From positions 1,824,001 to 1,888,000 of the forward strand of contig OZ241883.1 in NCBI GenBank assembly GCA_965203445.1: a stretch of DNA of 64,000 nt, written 5' to 3'. Shown here piece by piece: positions 49,479 to 64,000 of the stretch. Origin of the DNA: Candidatus Oxydemutator sp. (GTDB lineage: Bacteria > Pseudomonadota > Gammaproteobacteria > Poriferisulfidales > Oxydemutatoraceae). Numbering within the stretch: position 1 is the stretch's first letter; each line of letters begins with the position of its first letter. Position numbers and translations under genes: made by a program. The notes beneath the pieces were generated by a model. That model ran no database searches, was not told the origin of the DNA, and saw nothing but the letters and a program-made list of their open reading frames with translations.

Positions 49479-51134
49479 ATGACCATGGAGGCCCCGTTGC
49501 GTATCGCGCTGGCGCAGCAGAATTTCGTCGTCGGCGACCTGCGCGGCAACGCCGCCAGGATTACGCGCCTGACGCGCGCGGCGCGTGGGCGCGGCGCGCG
49601 CCTCGTTGTTTTTCCCGAACTGTCGCTGACCGGGTATTCGCCCGAGGATCTGCTGCTGCGCGACGACTTCCTGGCCGCGGTCGAGGACGCGCTCGGGCAA
49701 GTCGCGCGCGAGGCCGCCGGCATAGACGTGATCGTCGGCGCGCCGGTGCGCGATCGCGGCGCCTTGTTCAACGCCGCGCTGCACTTGTCGCACGGGAGTA
49801 TCGCGCATCGCTGTTACAAGCGCAGCCTGCCGAACTACGAGGTGTTCGACGAGAAGCGCTATTTCAGCGACGGCCCCGACGCGGCCTGCGTGTTCGCCGT
49901 CGAGGGCGTGTCGTTCGGGCTTACCGTGTGCGAGGACATTTGGCGGCCGCAGGCGGCGGCGGCCGCGGCGCGCGCCGCGGCCGACTGTCTGATCAACGTC
50001 AGCGCGTCGCCGTTCGACGTCGCCAAACAGCGGCGGCGCGACCGCGCGTTGCAGGCGCGGGTGCGCGAGACCGGCCTGGGTTTGTTGTACGTCAACCAGG
50101 TCGGCGGCCAGGACGATCTGGTATTCGACGGCGATTCGAGGGCCTATGATCGTTCCGGCGCCTGCGTGCTGCGCGCGCCGTCGTTCGAGGAAGGCGTCTA
50201 TTACTGCGAAGCGACCCGCGCCTCGCTGGTTTGCGACCAGGCGCCGTCGCCGCCGCCGGCGCCGCTCGAGATCGTCCGCCGCGCACTGGTCACGGGTCTG
50301 CGCGACTACGTCGTCCACAATGGTTTTGGCGGCGTCGTCGTCGCGTTGTCCGGCGGCATAGACTCGGCGCTGACGTTGACGCTCGCGGTCGACGCGCTCG
50401 GCGGCGCGCGCGTCAAGGCGGTGATGATGCCTTCCCCCTACACGTCGCGGCAAAGCTTGGCGGACGCGCACCGGCTCGCGCGCGCCGAGCGCGTCGAGTT
50501 GTTCGAGATTCCGATCACGCGCGTTTTCGAGACGATGCTGGGAGAACTGGCGCCGATCTTCGACGGCCGTGCGCGCGACGTCACCGAAGAAAACGTGCAG
50601 GCGCGCATACGCGGCGGTCTGTTGATGGCGTTGTCGAACAAGCTGCGTCTGATGCCGCTGGCGACGTCGAACAAAAGCGAACTCGCGGTCGGTTACTCGA
50701 CCTTGTACGGCGACATGGTGGGCGGCTACGCGCCGCTCAAGGATCTGTTCAAGAAACGCGTCTATGAATTGGCCGCACACGTCAACCGCGCACGCGAACG
50801 GATTCCGCGCGGCGTGATCGAGCGCGCACCGTCGGCGGAACTGGCGCCGGGACAGCTCGATACCGACCGCCTGCCGCCGTATCCGGTGTTGGATGCGATA
50901 CTGGAGCAACTGGTGGAGAACGACGCCTCCGCCGCCGACCTCGCGCGGCGAGGTTTCGACGCCGCCTTGCTGCGGCGCGTGCGCAACATGCTCATGAAAA
51001 GCGAATACAAAAGACGCCAGGCGCCGCCGGGCCCGAAGATCACGCGGCGCGCGTTCGGCCGGGAGCGCCGCTATCCGATCACCAGCCTGTACGACGCCGT
51101 CGCGCCAAGCGCCGCGGACGCGGCCGATCAATAG
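49479..51134 (+). CDS. nadE: Glutamine-dependent NAD+ synthetase
   Basis: Nitrilase domain FPELSLTGY..EDL, LPNYEVFDEKRYF, CEDIW; SGGIDS, ENVQARIRG, SEYKRRQAPPG. Confidence 0.95.
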   Translation: MTMEAPLRIALAQQNFVVGDLRGNAARITRLTRAARGRGARLVVFPELSLTGYSPEDLLLRDDFLAAVEDALGQVAREAAGIDVIVGAPVRDRGALFNAALHLSHGSIAHRCYKRSLPNYEVFDEKRYFSDGPDAACVFAVEGVSFGLTVCEDIWRPQAAAAAARAAADCLINVSASPFDVAKQRRRDRALQARVRETGLGLLYVNQVGGQDDLVFDGDSRAYDRSGACVLRAPSFEEGVYYCEATRASLVCDQAPSPPPAPLEIVRRALVTGLRDYVVHNGFGGVVVALSGGIDSALTLTLAVDALGGARVKAVMMPSPYTSRQSLADAHRLARAERVELFEIPITRVFETMLGELAPIFDGRARDVTEENVQARIRGGLLMALSNKLRLMPLATSNKSELAVGYSTLYGDMVGGYAPLKDLFKKRVYELAAHVNRARERIPRGVIERAPSAELAPGQLDTDRLPPYPVLDAILEQLVENDASAADLARRGFDAALLRRVRNMLMKSEYKRRQAPPGPKITRRAFGRERRYPITSLYDAVAPSAADAADQ

Positions 51135-51979
51135 CGCAGTTTGTCCAGCAGGTTGTCCGCCAAGTCGCCGAGTCTGGTCAGCCAGCCGCGCTTCGCCAAG
51201 TGCGGCGCGCCGGCTTTTTTCAGGTCGTCGTCCAGGTAGTCGGGGTAGTTGTGCTTCAGTACCCTGAGCGTGTCCCGTGCCAGGTCGTCGGCGCCGAGCC
51301 GCCGGTAGGCCTCGGCCATCAGATAGAGCGCGTCGGGGGTGTTCTGGGCGCCGTCGTATTTCTCGAGCATGTAGCGGATGCGGTTGACGGCCGCTATGTA
51401 GCTGCCCTGGCGCAGATAGAAGTCGGCGACCCGTATCTCGTACACCGCCAGCAGGTTGCGCAGCACGACCAGGTGTTCGCGCGCGCTTTCGCGGTAGCGG
51501 CTGCCGGGAAAGTTGCCGTGCAGGTGCTGGAAGGCCGTGAACGACTTTGCCAACGGGCGCGGATCCTTGGTCGTACGGTCTCTCGGCACCACCTTGTTGA
51601 GCAGGCTTTTGCCGTAGTGGAAGTAGGCCAGCCCCTTCAGGTAGTAGGCGTAGTCGAGATGGGAATGGTTCGGGTTGTTCTTGATAAAGCGCTCGACCAT
51701 GATCGTCGCGCTCTCGTTGTCGTCTATTTTGTAATGCGCGTAGGCCGACTCGAGCAGCGCCGCCTGCGCGTAGCGGCTGAACGGGTAGCTGCTCTCCAGT
51801 TTCTGGTAGTTCTCTATCGCGGTCGCGTAATAGCCGTTCTGCAGGCTGGTCTTGGCGGTGGTGTAAAGGTAGTCCGCCTGGCGCGCCTCTTTGTCCTGGT
51901 CGTCGCCGAACGTCGCGCAGCCGGAGGCGCCCGCGAGCAAAGCCGCCGCCAAAATCGCCGATACGTGGCGCCTGAACAT
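51128..51979 (-). CDS. bamD: Outer-membrane protein assembly factor BamD
   Basis: Lipobox ASGC, YPFSRYA, NPNHSHLDYAYYLKGL, FYLRQGSYIAAVNR; divergent from rluD. Confidence 0.92.
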   Translation of the reverse strand: MFRRHVSAILAAALLAGASGCATFGDDQDKEARQADYLYTTAKTSLQNGYYATAIENYQKLESSYPFSRYAQAALLESAYAHYKIDDNESATIMVERFIKNNPNHSHLDYAYYLKGLAYFHYGKSLLNKVVPRDRTTKDPRPLAKSFTAFQHLHGNFPGSRYRESAREHLVVLRNLLAVYEIRVADFYLRQGSYIAAVNRIRYMLEKYDGAQNTPDALYLMAEAYRRLGADDLARDTLRVLKHNYPDYLDDDLKKAGAPHLAKRGWLTRLGDLADNLLDKLRY

Positions 51980-52062
51980 CCGGCTATTATACTTCGGCGC
52001 ACGAACCGGCACACAAGCGGCGCGTGTGCCGCCGGCCCCGTAAGGCGTTACAATTTCCGCCG

Positions 52063-53025
52063 ATGGGTGATCTTTTGCGAGCCGTAATCGGCGAGGCGCA
52101 ATCCGGCGCGCGCCTCGACAAGGCGATGGCCGAGCTGTTCTCCGGCTATTCGCGCAGCTTTCTGCAAGACTGCATACGGCGGGGGTGCGTGCTGGTGAAC
52201 GGCGGCGTGCCGAAAGTTCGCGACCTGGTGTCGGCCGGCCAGCACGTCGCCTTTCGCCCGCCGGCGGCGCCGGCGAACGCCGCCGTCGCCGAACCGCTGC
52301 CGCTGACGATAGTCCACGAGGACGACGAGCTGTTGGTGATAGACAAGCCGCCCGGCATGGTCGTGCATCCGGCCGCCGGACACGCGCGCGGCACCGTTGT
52401 GAACGCGGTGCTGCACCACTGCCCTCAGGCCGGCGCGCTGCCGCGCGCCGGTCTCGTGCATCGCCTGGACAAGGACACCAGCGGTCTGATGGTCGTGGCC
52501 AAGACGCGCGGCGCACATCAATCGCTGAGCGCGCAGTTGCGCGCGCGCTCGGTCAAGCGTAGTTACCTGGCGCTGGTGCGCGGGCGCGTCATCGCCGGCG
52601 ACACCATAGAGGCGCCCATCGGACGTCATCCGCGCGACCGCAAACGCATGGCGGTGCGCGACGGCGGGCGCGCCGCGGTGACCCGCTATCGCGTCGCCCG
52701 TCGTTTCGCCGCGCATACGTTGCTCGAGGTCGAGCTTGCGACCGGGCGCACGCACCAGATTCGCGTGCACATGGCGCATATCGGCCACGCGGTTTTCGGC
52801 GATCCGGTGTACGGCGGGCGTCAGCGACCGCTCGTGGGCGCGCCGCCGCGCGTCCGGCGGATGGTGCGCGCGTTCGGACGCCAGGCGCTGCACGCCGCCG
52901 AGTTGTCGTTGTTGCACCCCGGCAGCGGAGCGCCCTCGGCTTGGCGCGTCGAACCGCCCGACGATATGCGCCGGTTGCTCGACTCGCTTGTGCAAATGGA
53001 AGCGATGGGTGGCGGCGACGGATAG
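52063..53025 (+). CDS. rluD: 23S rRNA pseudouridine synthase D
   Basis: RLDKA..YSRS, KPPGMVVHP, VHRLDKDTSG, TGRTHQIRVH, RQALHA. Confidence 0.95.
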   Translation: MGDLLRAVIGEAQSGARLDKAMAELFSGYSRSFLQDCIRRGCVLVNGGVPKVRDLVSAGQHVAFRPPAAPANAAVAEPLPLTIVHEDDELLVIDKPPGMVVHPAAGHARGTVVNAVLHHCPQAGALPRAGLVHRLDKDTSGLMVVAKTRGAHQSLSAQLRARSVKRSYLALVRGRVIAGDTIEAPIGRHPRDRKRMAVRDGGRAAVTRYRVARRFAAHTLLEVELATGRTHQIRVHMAHIGHAVFGDPVYGGRQRPLVGAPPRVRRMVRAFGRQALHAAELSLLHPGSGAPSAWRVEPPDDMRRLLDSLVQMEAMGGGDG

Positions 53026-53776
53026 AATTCGCGGCGGTATAGTGCATCCGTGCTGGCGCGCACCGGTGCGCGTTCACGCGGCGGTATCCACGCGCAACGG
53101 CGGTTGCAGCGCGCCGCCTTTCGACAGCTGCAACGTTTCCGAAGGCGTCGGCGACGATACCCGTGCCGTCGCCGAGAACCGCCGCCGCCTGCGCGAGCGC
53201 CTGGGTCTGCCGAGCGAACCCGTCTGGCTCGACCAGGAGCACGGCTGCGGCGTCGTCGCCGCCGAGAACGCACCGGCGCGGCGCCGTGCCGATGCGTCGG
53301 TGTCGTTCGCGTCGGGGACGGTATGCACCGTTACCGTAGCGGATTGCCTGCCCGTGTTGTTTTGCGACCGCGACGCCACCCGCGTCGCCGCGGCCCATGC
53401 CGGTTGGCGCGGCTTGGCCGGCGGCGTGCTCGAGGCGACCGTCGCCGCGCTCGATTGCGAGCCGCGGAAATTGATCGCGTGGCTGGGGCCTGCGATAGGG
53501 CCGCATGCTTTTCACGTCGGCGACGACGTGCGCGAACGCTTTGTCGGGCAGGATGAGGAGTGTGCCCTGGCTTTTTTGCCCGACAATACCGGCGCGTGGT
53601 TGGCCGACTTGTACCAACTGGCGAGGCTGCGTCTGGCGCGCCTGAACGTGGGCGAGGTGAGCGGCGGCTTCCATTGCACGTTCACGAACGAGCGGCACTT
53701 CTTCTCCCATCGGCGCGATGGCCGCACCGGACGCATGGCCGCCTGCGTCTGGCTTGCGCGCACGGCCGCCGCGTGA
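53009..53776 (+). CDS. pgeF: PgeF/YfiH family protein
   Basis: STRNGG, WLDQEHG, ADCLPV, AHAGWRGL, GPAIG, FFSHRRDGRTGRM. Confidence 0.92.
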   Translation: MAATDRIRGGIVHPCWRAPVRVHAAVSTRNGGCSAPPFDSCNVSEGVGDDTRAVAENRRRLRERLGLPSEPVWLDQEHGCGVVAAENAPARRRADASVSFASGTVCTVTVADCLPVLFCDRDATRVAAAHAGWRGLAGGVLEATVAALDCEPRKLIAWLGPAIGPHAFHVGDDVRERFVGQDEECALAFLPDNTGAWLADLYQLARLRLARLNVGEVSGGFHCTFTNERHFFSHRRDGRTGRMAACVWLARTAAA

Positions 53777-53820
53777 GAAGCCCCGGATGCCGGCGCGGTA
53801 ACGCCGCCACGCCCGGGCGC

Positions 53821-53998
53821 CACCGGCGGCGCCCGTGGACGCAAAACGATTGCCGTCCGTGGTGGCTAAGGCGATAACCAGGCGGCGGCGCGGTTCAAGC
53901 CACGGAGCGGTGCCGGATCACCTGTGGAGACGCTGGCGGGGAGACCCTGAAAACGCCAAGCGCTGCCGGCAATAGGACATCTGTGCTTTGGTTTGACA
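53821..53998 (+). mobile_element. Degenerate 3'-end fragment of the same IS1202-family element
   Basis: Matches the reverse complement of about 16237-16440 (gtggacgcaaaacgattgcc..ccggatcacc.gtggagacgctggcgggg..aataggacatctgtgctttgg..aca). Confidence 0.88.
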
Positions 53999-54000
53999 CA

Positions 54001-54029
54001 TTGACAATCCTGTATTATTCAGCCATAAT
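54001..54029 (+). promoter_or_regulatory. Sigma70 promoter of the tRNA-tuf operon
   Basis: TTGACA-17 bp-CATAAT, 12 nt upstream of tRNA-Tyr. Confidence 0.8.
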
Positions 54030-54041
54030 ACGCTGTTTCCC

Positions 54042-54126
54042 GGAGGGGTACCCAAGCGGTCAACGGGGGCAGACTGTAAATCTGCTGGCTATGCCTTCGT
54101 AGGTTCGAATCCTACCCCCTCCACCA
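54042..54126 (+). tRNA. tRNA-Tyr(GTA)
   Basis: ggagggg...gcagactGTAaatctgc, long variable arm, gttcgaat, ccacca end. Confidence 0.95.
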
Positions 54127-54223
54127 TGAAAATGCAGGAGGGGGTAGCCGGGAATAACCGGGGTGGCCATGAGCGCGGAAATGGCAGTCGCAACCGGATT
54201 GCAGGAGGCCGGAACGATTCCGT

Positions 54224-54297
<74 letters not shown>

Positions 54298-54324
54298 GCG
54301 AAGCGCAGGGACGCCCTGAGCCGC

Positions 54325-54399
54325 GCCCATATAGCTCAGTGGTAGAGCACTTTCTTGGTAAGGAAGAGGTCACCGGTTCAATCCCGGTTATGGGCTCCA
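54325..54399 (+). tRNA. tRNA-Thr(GGT)
   Basis: gcccata...ttGGTaa...ggttcaat...tgggctcca. Confidence 0.95.
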
Positions 54400-54427
54400 A
54401 TTCACCAACCGTTCGCAGGAAAACACG

Positions 54428-55618
54428 ATGTCGAAAGAGAAATTTGAGAGGACGAAGCCGCACGTAAACGTAGGCACGATAGGCCACGTGGATCACGGCA
54501 AGACGACGCTGACGGCGGCGCTGACGAAGGTGTTGTCGGAGAGTCAGGGCGGGGAGTATCGTTCGTATGATCAGATAGACAACGCGCCGGAGGAGCGCGA
54601 GCGAGGGATCACGATAGCGACGGCGCACGTGGAGTATGAGTCTGCGGGTCGTCATTACGCGCACGTGGACTGTCCGGGGCACGCGGACTACATCAAGAAC
54701 ATGATAACGGGCGCGGCGCAGATGGACGGGGCGATATTGGTGGTGAGCGCGTCGGACGGACCGATGCCGCAGACGCGGGAGCACATATTGCTGGCGCGTC
54801 AGGTGGGGGTGCCGCACGTGGTGGTGTATTTGAACAAGGCGGACATGGTGGACGACAAGGAGTTGATGGAGTTGGTGGAGATGGAGGTGCGGGAGTTGCT
54901 GACGAGTTACGAGTTTCCGGGGGAGGAGGTACCGATAGTGTCGGGTTCGGCGCTGAAGGCGTTGGAGGGAGACGAGGGTGAGCACGGATCGGGTTCGATC
55001 ATGAAGTTGGTGGGGGCGATGGATGAGTATATTCCGGAGCCGGAGCGGGCGGTGGACGGTGATTTTCTGATGCCGGTGGAGGACGTATTTTCGATTTCGG
55101 GCCGGGGCACGGTGGTGACGGGTCGTATAGAGCGTGGAGTGGTGAAGGTGGGAGACGAGGTGGGTATAGTGGGCGTGCGCGAGACGACGTCGACGACGTG
55201 CACGGGAGTGGAGATGTTCAGGAAGTTGTTGGACGAGGGACGCGCGGGGGACAACGTGGGGGTGTTGCTGCGCGGGACGAAGCGCGAGGAGGTGGAGCGG
55301 GGTCAGGTATTGTGCAAGCCGGGGTCGATCACGCCGCACGTGGAGTTTGAGTCGGAGGTGTACGTGTTGTCGAAGGAGGAGGGTGGTCGTCACACGCCGT
55401 TTTTCAAGGGTTATCGTCCGCAGTTTTATTTTCGGACGACGGACGTGACGGGCGAGGTGGAGTTGGAGTCGGGAGTGGAGATGGTGATGCCGGGGGACAA
55501 CGTGAAGTTCAAGGTGAGGTTGATAGCGCCGATAGCGATGGACGAGGGACTGCGATTTGCGATTCGCGAGGGCGGGCGCACGGTCGGCGCCGGCGTCGTC
55601 ACCAAGGTGTTGAAGTAA
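54428..55618 (+). CDS. tuf: Elongation factor Tu
   Basis: [31 protein letters not shown]. Confidence 0.99.
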   Translation: MSKEKFERTKPHVNVGTIGHVDHGKTTLTAALTKVLSESQGGEYRSYDQIDNAPEERERGITIATAHVEYESAGRHYAHVDCPGHADYIKNMITGAAQMDGAILVVSASDGPMPQTREHILLARQVGVPHVVVYLNKADMVDDKELMELVEMEVRELLTSYEFPGEEVPIVSGSALKALEGDEGEHGSGSIMKLVGAMDEYIPEPERAVDGDFLMPVEDVFSISGRGTVVTGRIERGVVKVGDEVGIVGVRETTSTTCTGVEMFRKLLDEGRAGDNVGVLLRGTKREEVERGQVLCKPGSITPHVEFESEVYVLSKEEGGRHTPFFKGYRPQFYFRTTDVTGEVELESGVEMVMPGDNVKFKVRLIAPIAMDEGLRFAIREGGRTVGAGVVTKVLK

Positions 55619-55692
55619 TGCCGCGCGGTGTCATCGGCGGTGTCGTGGCGGATGCCGTCGCACCGAAGACTTCGCCCAGGGGTTTGCACGAC

Positions 55693-55768
<76 letters not shown>

Positions 55769-55796
55769 TTTTCTGACGGAGCAGGGCGCAAATACC

Positions 55797-56168
55797 ATGG
55801 CGGGCAAGACGGCCGAGCGCGGGTTCACGTTTCAGGATCAGGCAAAGCTGGCGGTGGCGGCGATCGCGCTGGTCGTCGGCATCGGCTTGTTCTACTACCT
55901 CGAGGAGCAGGGATTGTTCATTCAGGTGCTGGCGCTTCTAGCGATGACCACGCTTGCGATCGTGCTTTTTTTCATGACCGCACCCGGCGGCGAGGCCGCG
56001 GAGTTTATGAAAGGTTCGCGCATCGAGCTGCAAAAAATGGTGTGGCCGGGGCGCAGCGAGATTCTGCACTCGACGCTGCTGGTGTTCGCCGTCATCTTCA
56101 TCGTCGCGTTGTTTTTGTGGCTGTTGGACATGTTCCTGGCGTGGTTCATGCAGTTGTTGATCAAGTGA
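55797..56168 (+). CDS. secE: Preprotein translocase SecE
   Basis: Three TM segments, ELQKMVWP; position between tRNA-Trp and nusG. Confidence 0.93.
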   Translation: MAGKTAERGFTFQDQAKLAVAAIALVVGIGLFYYLEEQGLFIQVLALLAMTTLAIVLFFMTAPGGEAAEFMKGSRIELQKMVWPGRSEILHSTLLVFAVIFIVALFLWLLDMFLAWFMQLLIK

Positions 56169-56174
56169 ATCGCC

Positions 56175-56753
56175 GTGAACGAGGTCGCGTCCGCTGATGA
56201 ACGAAGCGCCGGCACCGTGTCCGGCCTGGAGTGGTACGTGGTGCACGTTTATTCAGGCTACGAGGCGCGCGTCATGCAGTCTCTCGAAGAGCGCATCGGA
56301 CGTTACGGGATGCAGCAGAGGTTCGGGCGTATCATGATGCCGAAAGAGGAGATCGTCGAGATGCGCTCGGGCCAGAAGCGCAAGGTCACGCGCAAGTTTT
56401 TCCCGGGCTATCTGCTGGTCGAGATGAAAATGGACGAGGACACGTGGCACCTGGTCAACAACGTGCCGCGCGTGATGGGTTTCATCGGCGGTTCGCGCGA
56501 GAAGCCGTCGCCGGTGCCGCAGGATGAGGTGGATGCGGTGCTCAATCGCCTGAAGGAGGGCACCGGCAAGCTGCGCCCGCGCGTGTTATTCGAGGTCGGC
56601 GAGGTGGTGCGCGTGATAGACGGCCCGTTCAACGACTTCGAAGGCAGCGTCGAGGAGGTCAATTACGAGAAAAGCCGGCTATTGGTACGGGTGCAGATTT
56701 TCGGGCGTCCGACGCCGGTCGAGCTGTCTTTCGACCAGGTCGAGAAGACCTGA
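56175..56753 (+). CDS. nusG: Transcription factor NusG
   Basis: [33 protein letters not shown]. Confidence 0.97.
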   Translation: MNEVASADERSAGTVSGLEWYVVHVYSGYEARVMQSLEERIGRYGMQQRFGRIMMPKEEIVEMRSGQKRKVTRKFFPGYLLVEMKMDEDTWHLVNNVPRVMGFIGGSREKPSPVPQDEVDAVLNRLKEGTGKLRPRVLFEVGEVVRVIDGPFNDFEGSVEEVNYEKSRLLVRVQIFGRPTPVELSFDQVEKT

Positions 56754-56766
56754 CGGCGGCCGTTTC

Positions 56767-57198
56767 ATGGCTAAGAAAATCGAGACGTACATCAAGATGC
56801 AGGTTCCGGCGGGCGACGCCAATCCAAGCCCGCCGGTCGGCCCGGCGCTCGGCCAGCATGGTCTGAACATCATGGACTTCTGCAAGGCGTTCAACGCGCG
56901 CAGCAAGGAGCTTGAAAAGGGTTTGCCGGTGCCGGTAGTCATCGCCGTGTACAGCGACAAGAGTTTCACTTTCGTCATCAAGTCGCCGCCGGCCTCGGTG
57001 CTGCTGAAAAAAGCCGCGGGCGTGGACAAGGGCAGCGGCACGCCGAACCTCGAGAAGGTCGGCAAGGTCACCCGCCGGCAGCTGGAGGAAATCGTCGCCC
57101 AGAAGGAGCCCGACCTGACCGCGGGCGGTATGGACGCGGCGGTGCGCACGATCGCCGGCAGCGCGCGTAGCATGGGCCTCGAGGTGGAGGACGCATAG
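56767..57198 (+). CDS. rplK: 50S ribosomal protein L11
   Basis: [22 protein letters not shown]. Confidence 0.98.
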   Translation: MAKKIETYIKMQVPAGDANPSPPVGPALGQHGLNIMDFCKAFNARSKELEKGLPVPVVIAVYSDKSFTFVIKSPPASVLLKKAAGVDKGSGTPNLEKVGKVTRRQLEEIVAQKEPDLTAGGMDAAVRTIAGSARSMGLEVEDA

Positions 57199-57897
57199 AT
57201 GGCGCGGCGCTTGTCGAAGAGGGGCCGACGCATCGCCGAGCAGTGCGATCGCTCCTGCTCCTATGCTCCGGCTGAGGCGTTCAAGTTGTTGAAGCAGTGC
57301 CCGCCCGCGAACTTCGGCGAGTCGGTTGACGCCAGCGTCAGGCTTGGCGTGGACGCGCGCAAGGGCGACCAGATGGTGCGCGGTGCCGCGAGTCTGCCGC
57401 ACGGTCTCGGCAAGCCGGTGCGCGTCGCGGTCTTTGCCGAAGGCGACCAGGCCGCCGCGGCCGAGCAGGCCGGTGCCGACGCGGTCGGCCTCGACGATCT
57501 GATCGCGCGCGCGCGCGACGGCGATTTCGACTATGACGCGGTGGTCGCGGCGCCCGCGGCGATGCCCGCGCTCGGCAAGATCGGGGCGCTGCTGGGGCCG
57601 CGCGGGCTGATGCCGAATCCCAAGGACGGCACCGTGACCGACGACGTCGCCGCGGCGGTGCGCGGCATCAAGCAGGGCCGCGCGCGCTACCGCATAGACA
57701 AGGCCGGCGTCGTTCATTGCAGCATCGGGCGGCTCGACTTCGACGTCGCTCAGCTGGAAGAAAACTTGAACGCGCTGGTCGCCGCACTCGTGCGCGCCAG
57801 GCCGGCGGCGGCCAAGGGCGTTTATCTCAGGAAAGTGTCGGTTTCCTCGACCATGGGGCCGGGGCTGGTGATCGATCAGGGCGCGTTGAGCTACTGA
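57199..57897 (+). CDS. rplA: 50S ribosomal protein L1
   Basis: DQMVRG..LPHG.GK, LGPRGLMPNPK.GT, SSTMGPG. Confidence 0.97.
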   Translation: MARRLSKRGRRIAEQCDRSCSYAPAEAFKLLKQCPPANFGESVDASVRLGVDARKGDQMVRGAASLPHGLGKPVRVAVFAEGDQAAAAEQAGADAVGLDDLIARARDGDFDYDAVVAAPAAMPALGKIGALLGPRGLMPNPKDGTVTDDVAAAVRGIKQGRARYRIDKAGVVHCSIGRLDFDVAQLEENLNALVAALVRARPAAAKGVYLRKVSVSSTMGPGLVIDQGALSY

Positions 57898-57912
57898 CGG
57901 GAAGAGTATGAG

Positions 57913-58443
57913 ATGGCGCTGAATCCGGAAGGCAAGAGACGGGTCGTGGCCGAGGTCGCCGCGGCCGCGGCCCAGGCGACGTCGGCGATCGCCGCCGACT
58001 ACCGCGGTCTGAGCGTGGTCGAGATGACCCGCCTGCGCAGGCAGGCGCGGGAGCAGGGAGTGTATCTGCGCGTCGTCAAGAACACGCTGGCGCGTCGCGC
58101 ACTGGCGGACACGCCCTTCGCGTGCATGGAGGCGGCGCTCGGCGGGCCGCTGCTGCTTGCGTTTTCCTACGAAAACATAGGGGCTGCGGCCGGACTGATC
58201 CGGGATTTTTACAAGGACGGCGGCCTGCCCGAGGTCAAAATTATCGCTTTCGACGGCGAATTGCAGGATTTGTCGCAGGTGGAGCGCCTGGCCACGCTGC
58301 CGACGCACGAACGGGCGCTCGGCGCGTTGATGGCCGTGCTCAAGGCGCCGCTCGAGAAACTGGCGCGCGCACTGGCGGCGCCCGCGTCGAAGTTGGCGCG
58401 CACGCTGGCCGCGCTGCGCGACGACAAGCAGAAGTCGGTGTGA
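57913..58443 (+). CDS. rplJ: 50S ribosomal protein L10
   Basis: ADYRGL.V..MT.LR, VVKNTLARRA, LATLP. Confidence 0.96.
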   Translation: MALNPEGKRRVVAEVAAAAAQATSAIAADYRGLSVVEMTRLRRQAREQGVYLRVVKNTLARRALADTPFACMEAALGGPLLLAFSYENIGAAAGLIRDFYKDGGLPEVKIIAFDGELQDLSQVERLATLPTHERALGALMAVLKAPLEKLARALAAPASKLARTLAALRDDKQKSV

Positions 58444-58499
58444 GCGCCGGACGCGCGTCATAGAATTACCCAAGCCCACTCAAGCAAGGAGAAAACACG

Positions 58500-58877
58500 A
58501 TGGCCCTATCCAAAGAAGAAATACTGGACGCAATTTCCGCGATGTCCGTGATGGACGTGGTCGACCTGGTTTCGGCGATGGAGGAGAAGTTCGGCGTCTC
58601 GGCGGCGGCCGTCGCGGCCGCTCCGGTGGCGGCGGCTGCCGGCGAAACGGCGGAGGAGACCGAAAAGGACGAGTTCACCGTCGTTCTGGCCGGTATCGGC
58701 GACAACAAGGTGGCCGTTATCAAGGCAGTGCGCACGGTCACCGACCTCGGCCTCAAGGAAGCCAAGGAGTTGGTCGAAGGCGCGCCGGGCACGCTGCGCG
58801 AGGGCGTGGCCAAGAAAGAAGCAGAGGAGATCAAGAGCAAGCTCGAAGAAGCGGGCGCTTCGGTTGAGCTTACATGA
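58500..58877 (+). CDS. rplL: 50S ribosomal protein L7/L12
   Basis: [27 protein letters not shown]. Confidence 0.98.
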   Translation: MALSKEEILDAISAMSVMDVVDLVSAMEEKFGVSAAAVAAAPVAAAAGETAEETEKDEFTVVLAGIGDNKVAVIKAVRTVTDLGLKEAKELVEGAPGTLREGVAKKEAEEIKSKLEEAGASVELT

Positions 58878-59023
58878 GCCGCGAACGGCGGCGCGGCGCC
58901 GCGTCCTGGTCACGCCTCTGGCACGAAGAGGCACGGGAAAAGTCCGCCTGCATTCCTGCCGCGTTCTCTCTCCGGCACGGCCCGGGGACGAGGACGCGCC
59001 GTAACTGAGCCTGGAGGGAACGC

Positions 59024-63121
<4,098 letters not shown>

Positions 63122-63152
63122 CGCGCGTCGCGAACACCAAGCCGGAGAAAAC

Positions 63153-64000
63153 ATGAAAAAGCTTTTCAATCTGATGAGACAGGGCGAGGGAGACGAGAAC
63201 TTCGACTTCCTGCGCATAGGCGCGGCCTCCGCCGACGAGATCAAATCGTGGTCCTACGGCGAGGTCAGAAAACCGGAGACGATCAACTACCGCACGTTCA
63301 AGCCCGAGCGCGAGGGTCTGTTTTGCGCCAAGATCTTCGGGCCGGTCAAGGATTACGAGTGCCTGTGCGGCAAATACAAGCGCCTGAAGCACCGCGGCGT
63401 GGTGTGCGAGAAATGCGGCGTCGAGGTCACGCTGACGCGCGTGCGCCGCGAGCGCATGGGGCACATCGAGCTGGCGAGCCCGGTCGCGCACATCTGGTTT
63501 TTGAAGTCGCTGCCGTCGCGCATCGGCCTGCTGCTCGACATGAGCCTGCGCGACATCGAGAGCGTGCTCTACTTCGAGAGTTTCATCGTAATCGAGCCCG
63601 GCATGACCGACCTGAAGGAAGGCGATCTGCTGAACGACGACGAGTATTTCGAGAAGATCGAGGAGTACGGCGACCAGTTCGTCGCGCGCATGGGCGCCGA
63701 GGCCATCTTGCAGTTCTTGAGGAAGCTGGACCTGGAGAAGAGCGCGCTCGAGTTGCAGGAGGAAATCGCCAAGACCACGTCGGACGCCAAGCTCAAGCGG
63801 TTGTCGAAGCGCCTGAAGCTGATCAAGTACTTCATCCAATCCGGCAGCAAACCCGAATGGATGATCATGACGGTGCTGCCGGTGCTGCCGCCGGATCTGC
63901 GCCCGCTGGTGCCGCTTGCCGACGGACGTTTCGCGGCCTCCGATCTGAACGATCTGTACCGCCGCGTAATCAACCGCAACAACCGCCTGAAGCGGCTACT
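63153..64000 (+). CDS. rpoC: RNA polymerase beta' subunit (partial, runs off the window)
   Basis: [62 protein letters not shown]. Confidence 0.98.
   Translation, partial: MKKLFNLMRQGEGDENFDFLRIGAASADEIKSWSYGEVRKPETINYRTFKPEREGLFCAKIFGPVKDYECLCGKYKRLKHRGVVCEKCGVEVTLTRVRRERMGHIELASPVAHIWFLKSLPSRIGLLLDMSLRDIESVLYFESFIVIEPGMTDLKEGDLLNDDEYFEKIEEYGDQFVARMGAEAILQFLRKLDLEKSALELQEEIAKTTSDAKLKRLSKRLKLIKYFIQSGSKPEWMIMTVLPVLPPDLRPLVPLADGRFAASDLNDLYRRVINRNNRLKRL

Overview
High-GC proteobacterial chromosome segment; the core genes look gammaproteobacterial. 1-11.4 kb: a minus-strand pseudaminic-acid-type sugar locus (pseB, pseC, pseF-like, pseG, pseH) with extra tailoring genes (two formyltransferases, PIG-L deacetylase, GNAT, aldo/keto reductase, class III aminotransferase). 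PseH appears fused to an FkbH-like domain across a 26-nt poly-G tract. 11.5-16.2 kb: phoU, argF, argD, sat/cysC. 16.2-17.7 kb: a complete IS1202-family (ISNCY-type) element with a 15-bp target duplication. 17.7-31 kb: accessory region with glycan genes, two AAA/DUF4143 ATPases, an XRE regulator plus small partner ORF, a radical SAM/oxidoreductase pair, and a kinase followed by an NHLP-leader RiPP-precursor-like ORF. 31-39 kb: housekeeping genes (hemJ, argC, erpA, anmK, M23 peptidase, tyrS, coaE, pilD). 39.3-47.7 kb: the best candidate for an uncharacterised system, an 8-gene operon between pilD and pilC. It encodes a MotA/TolQ/ExbB channel, two ExbD/MotB-like subunits with coiled-coil stalks and vWA (MIDAS) heads, a PEGA/FGE-sulfatase-fold protein, an outer-membrane lipoprotein and an unannotated 46-aa membrane peptide. 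47.7-64 kb: pilC, pilA, nadE, bamD, rluD, pgeF, tRNA-Tyr/Gly/Thr, tuf, tRNA-Trp, secE, nusG, rplK, rplA, rplJ, rplL, rpoB and partial rpoC. All calls come from reading the sequence and recognising motifs; no database searches were run.
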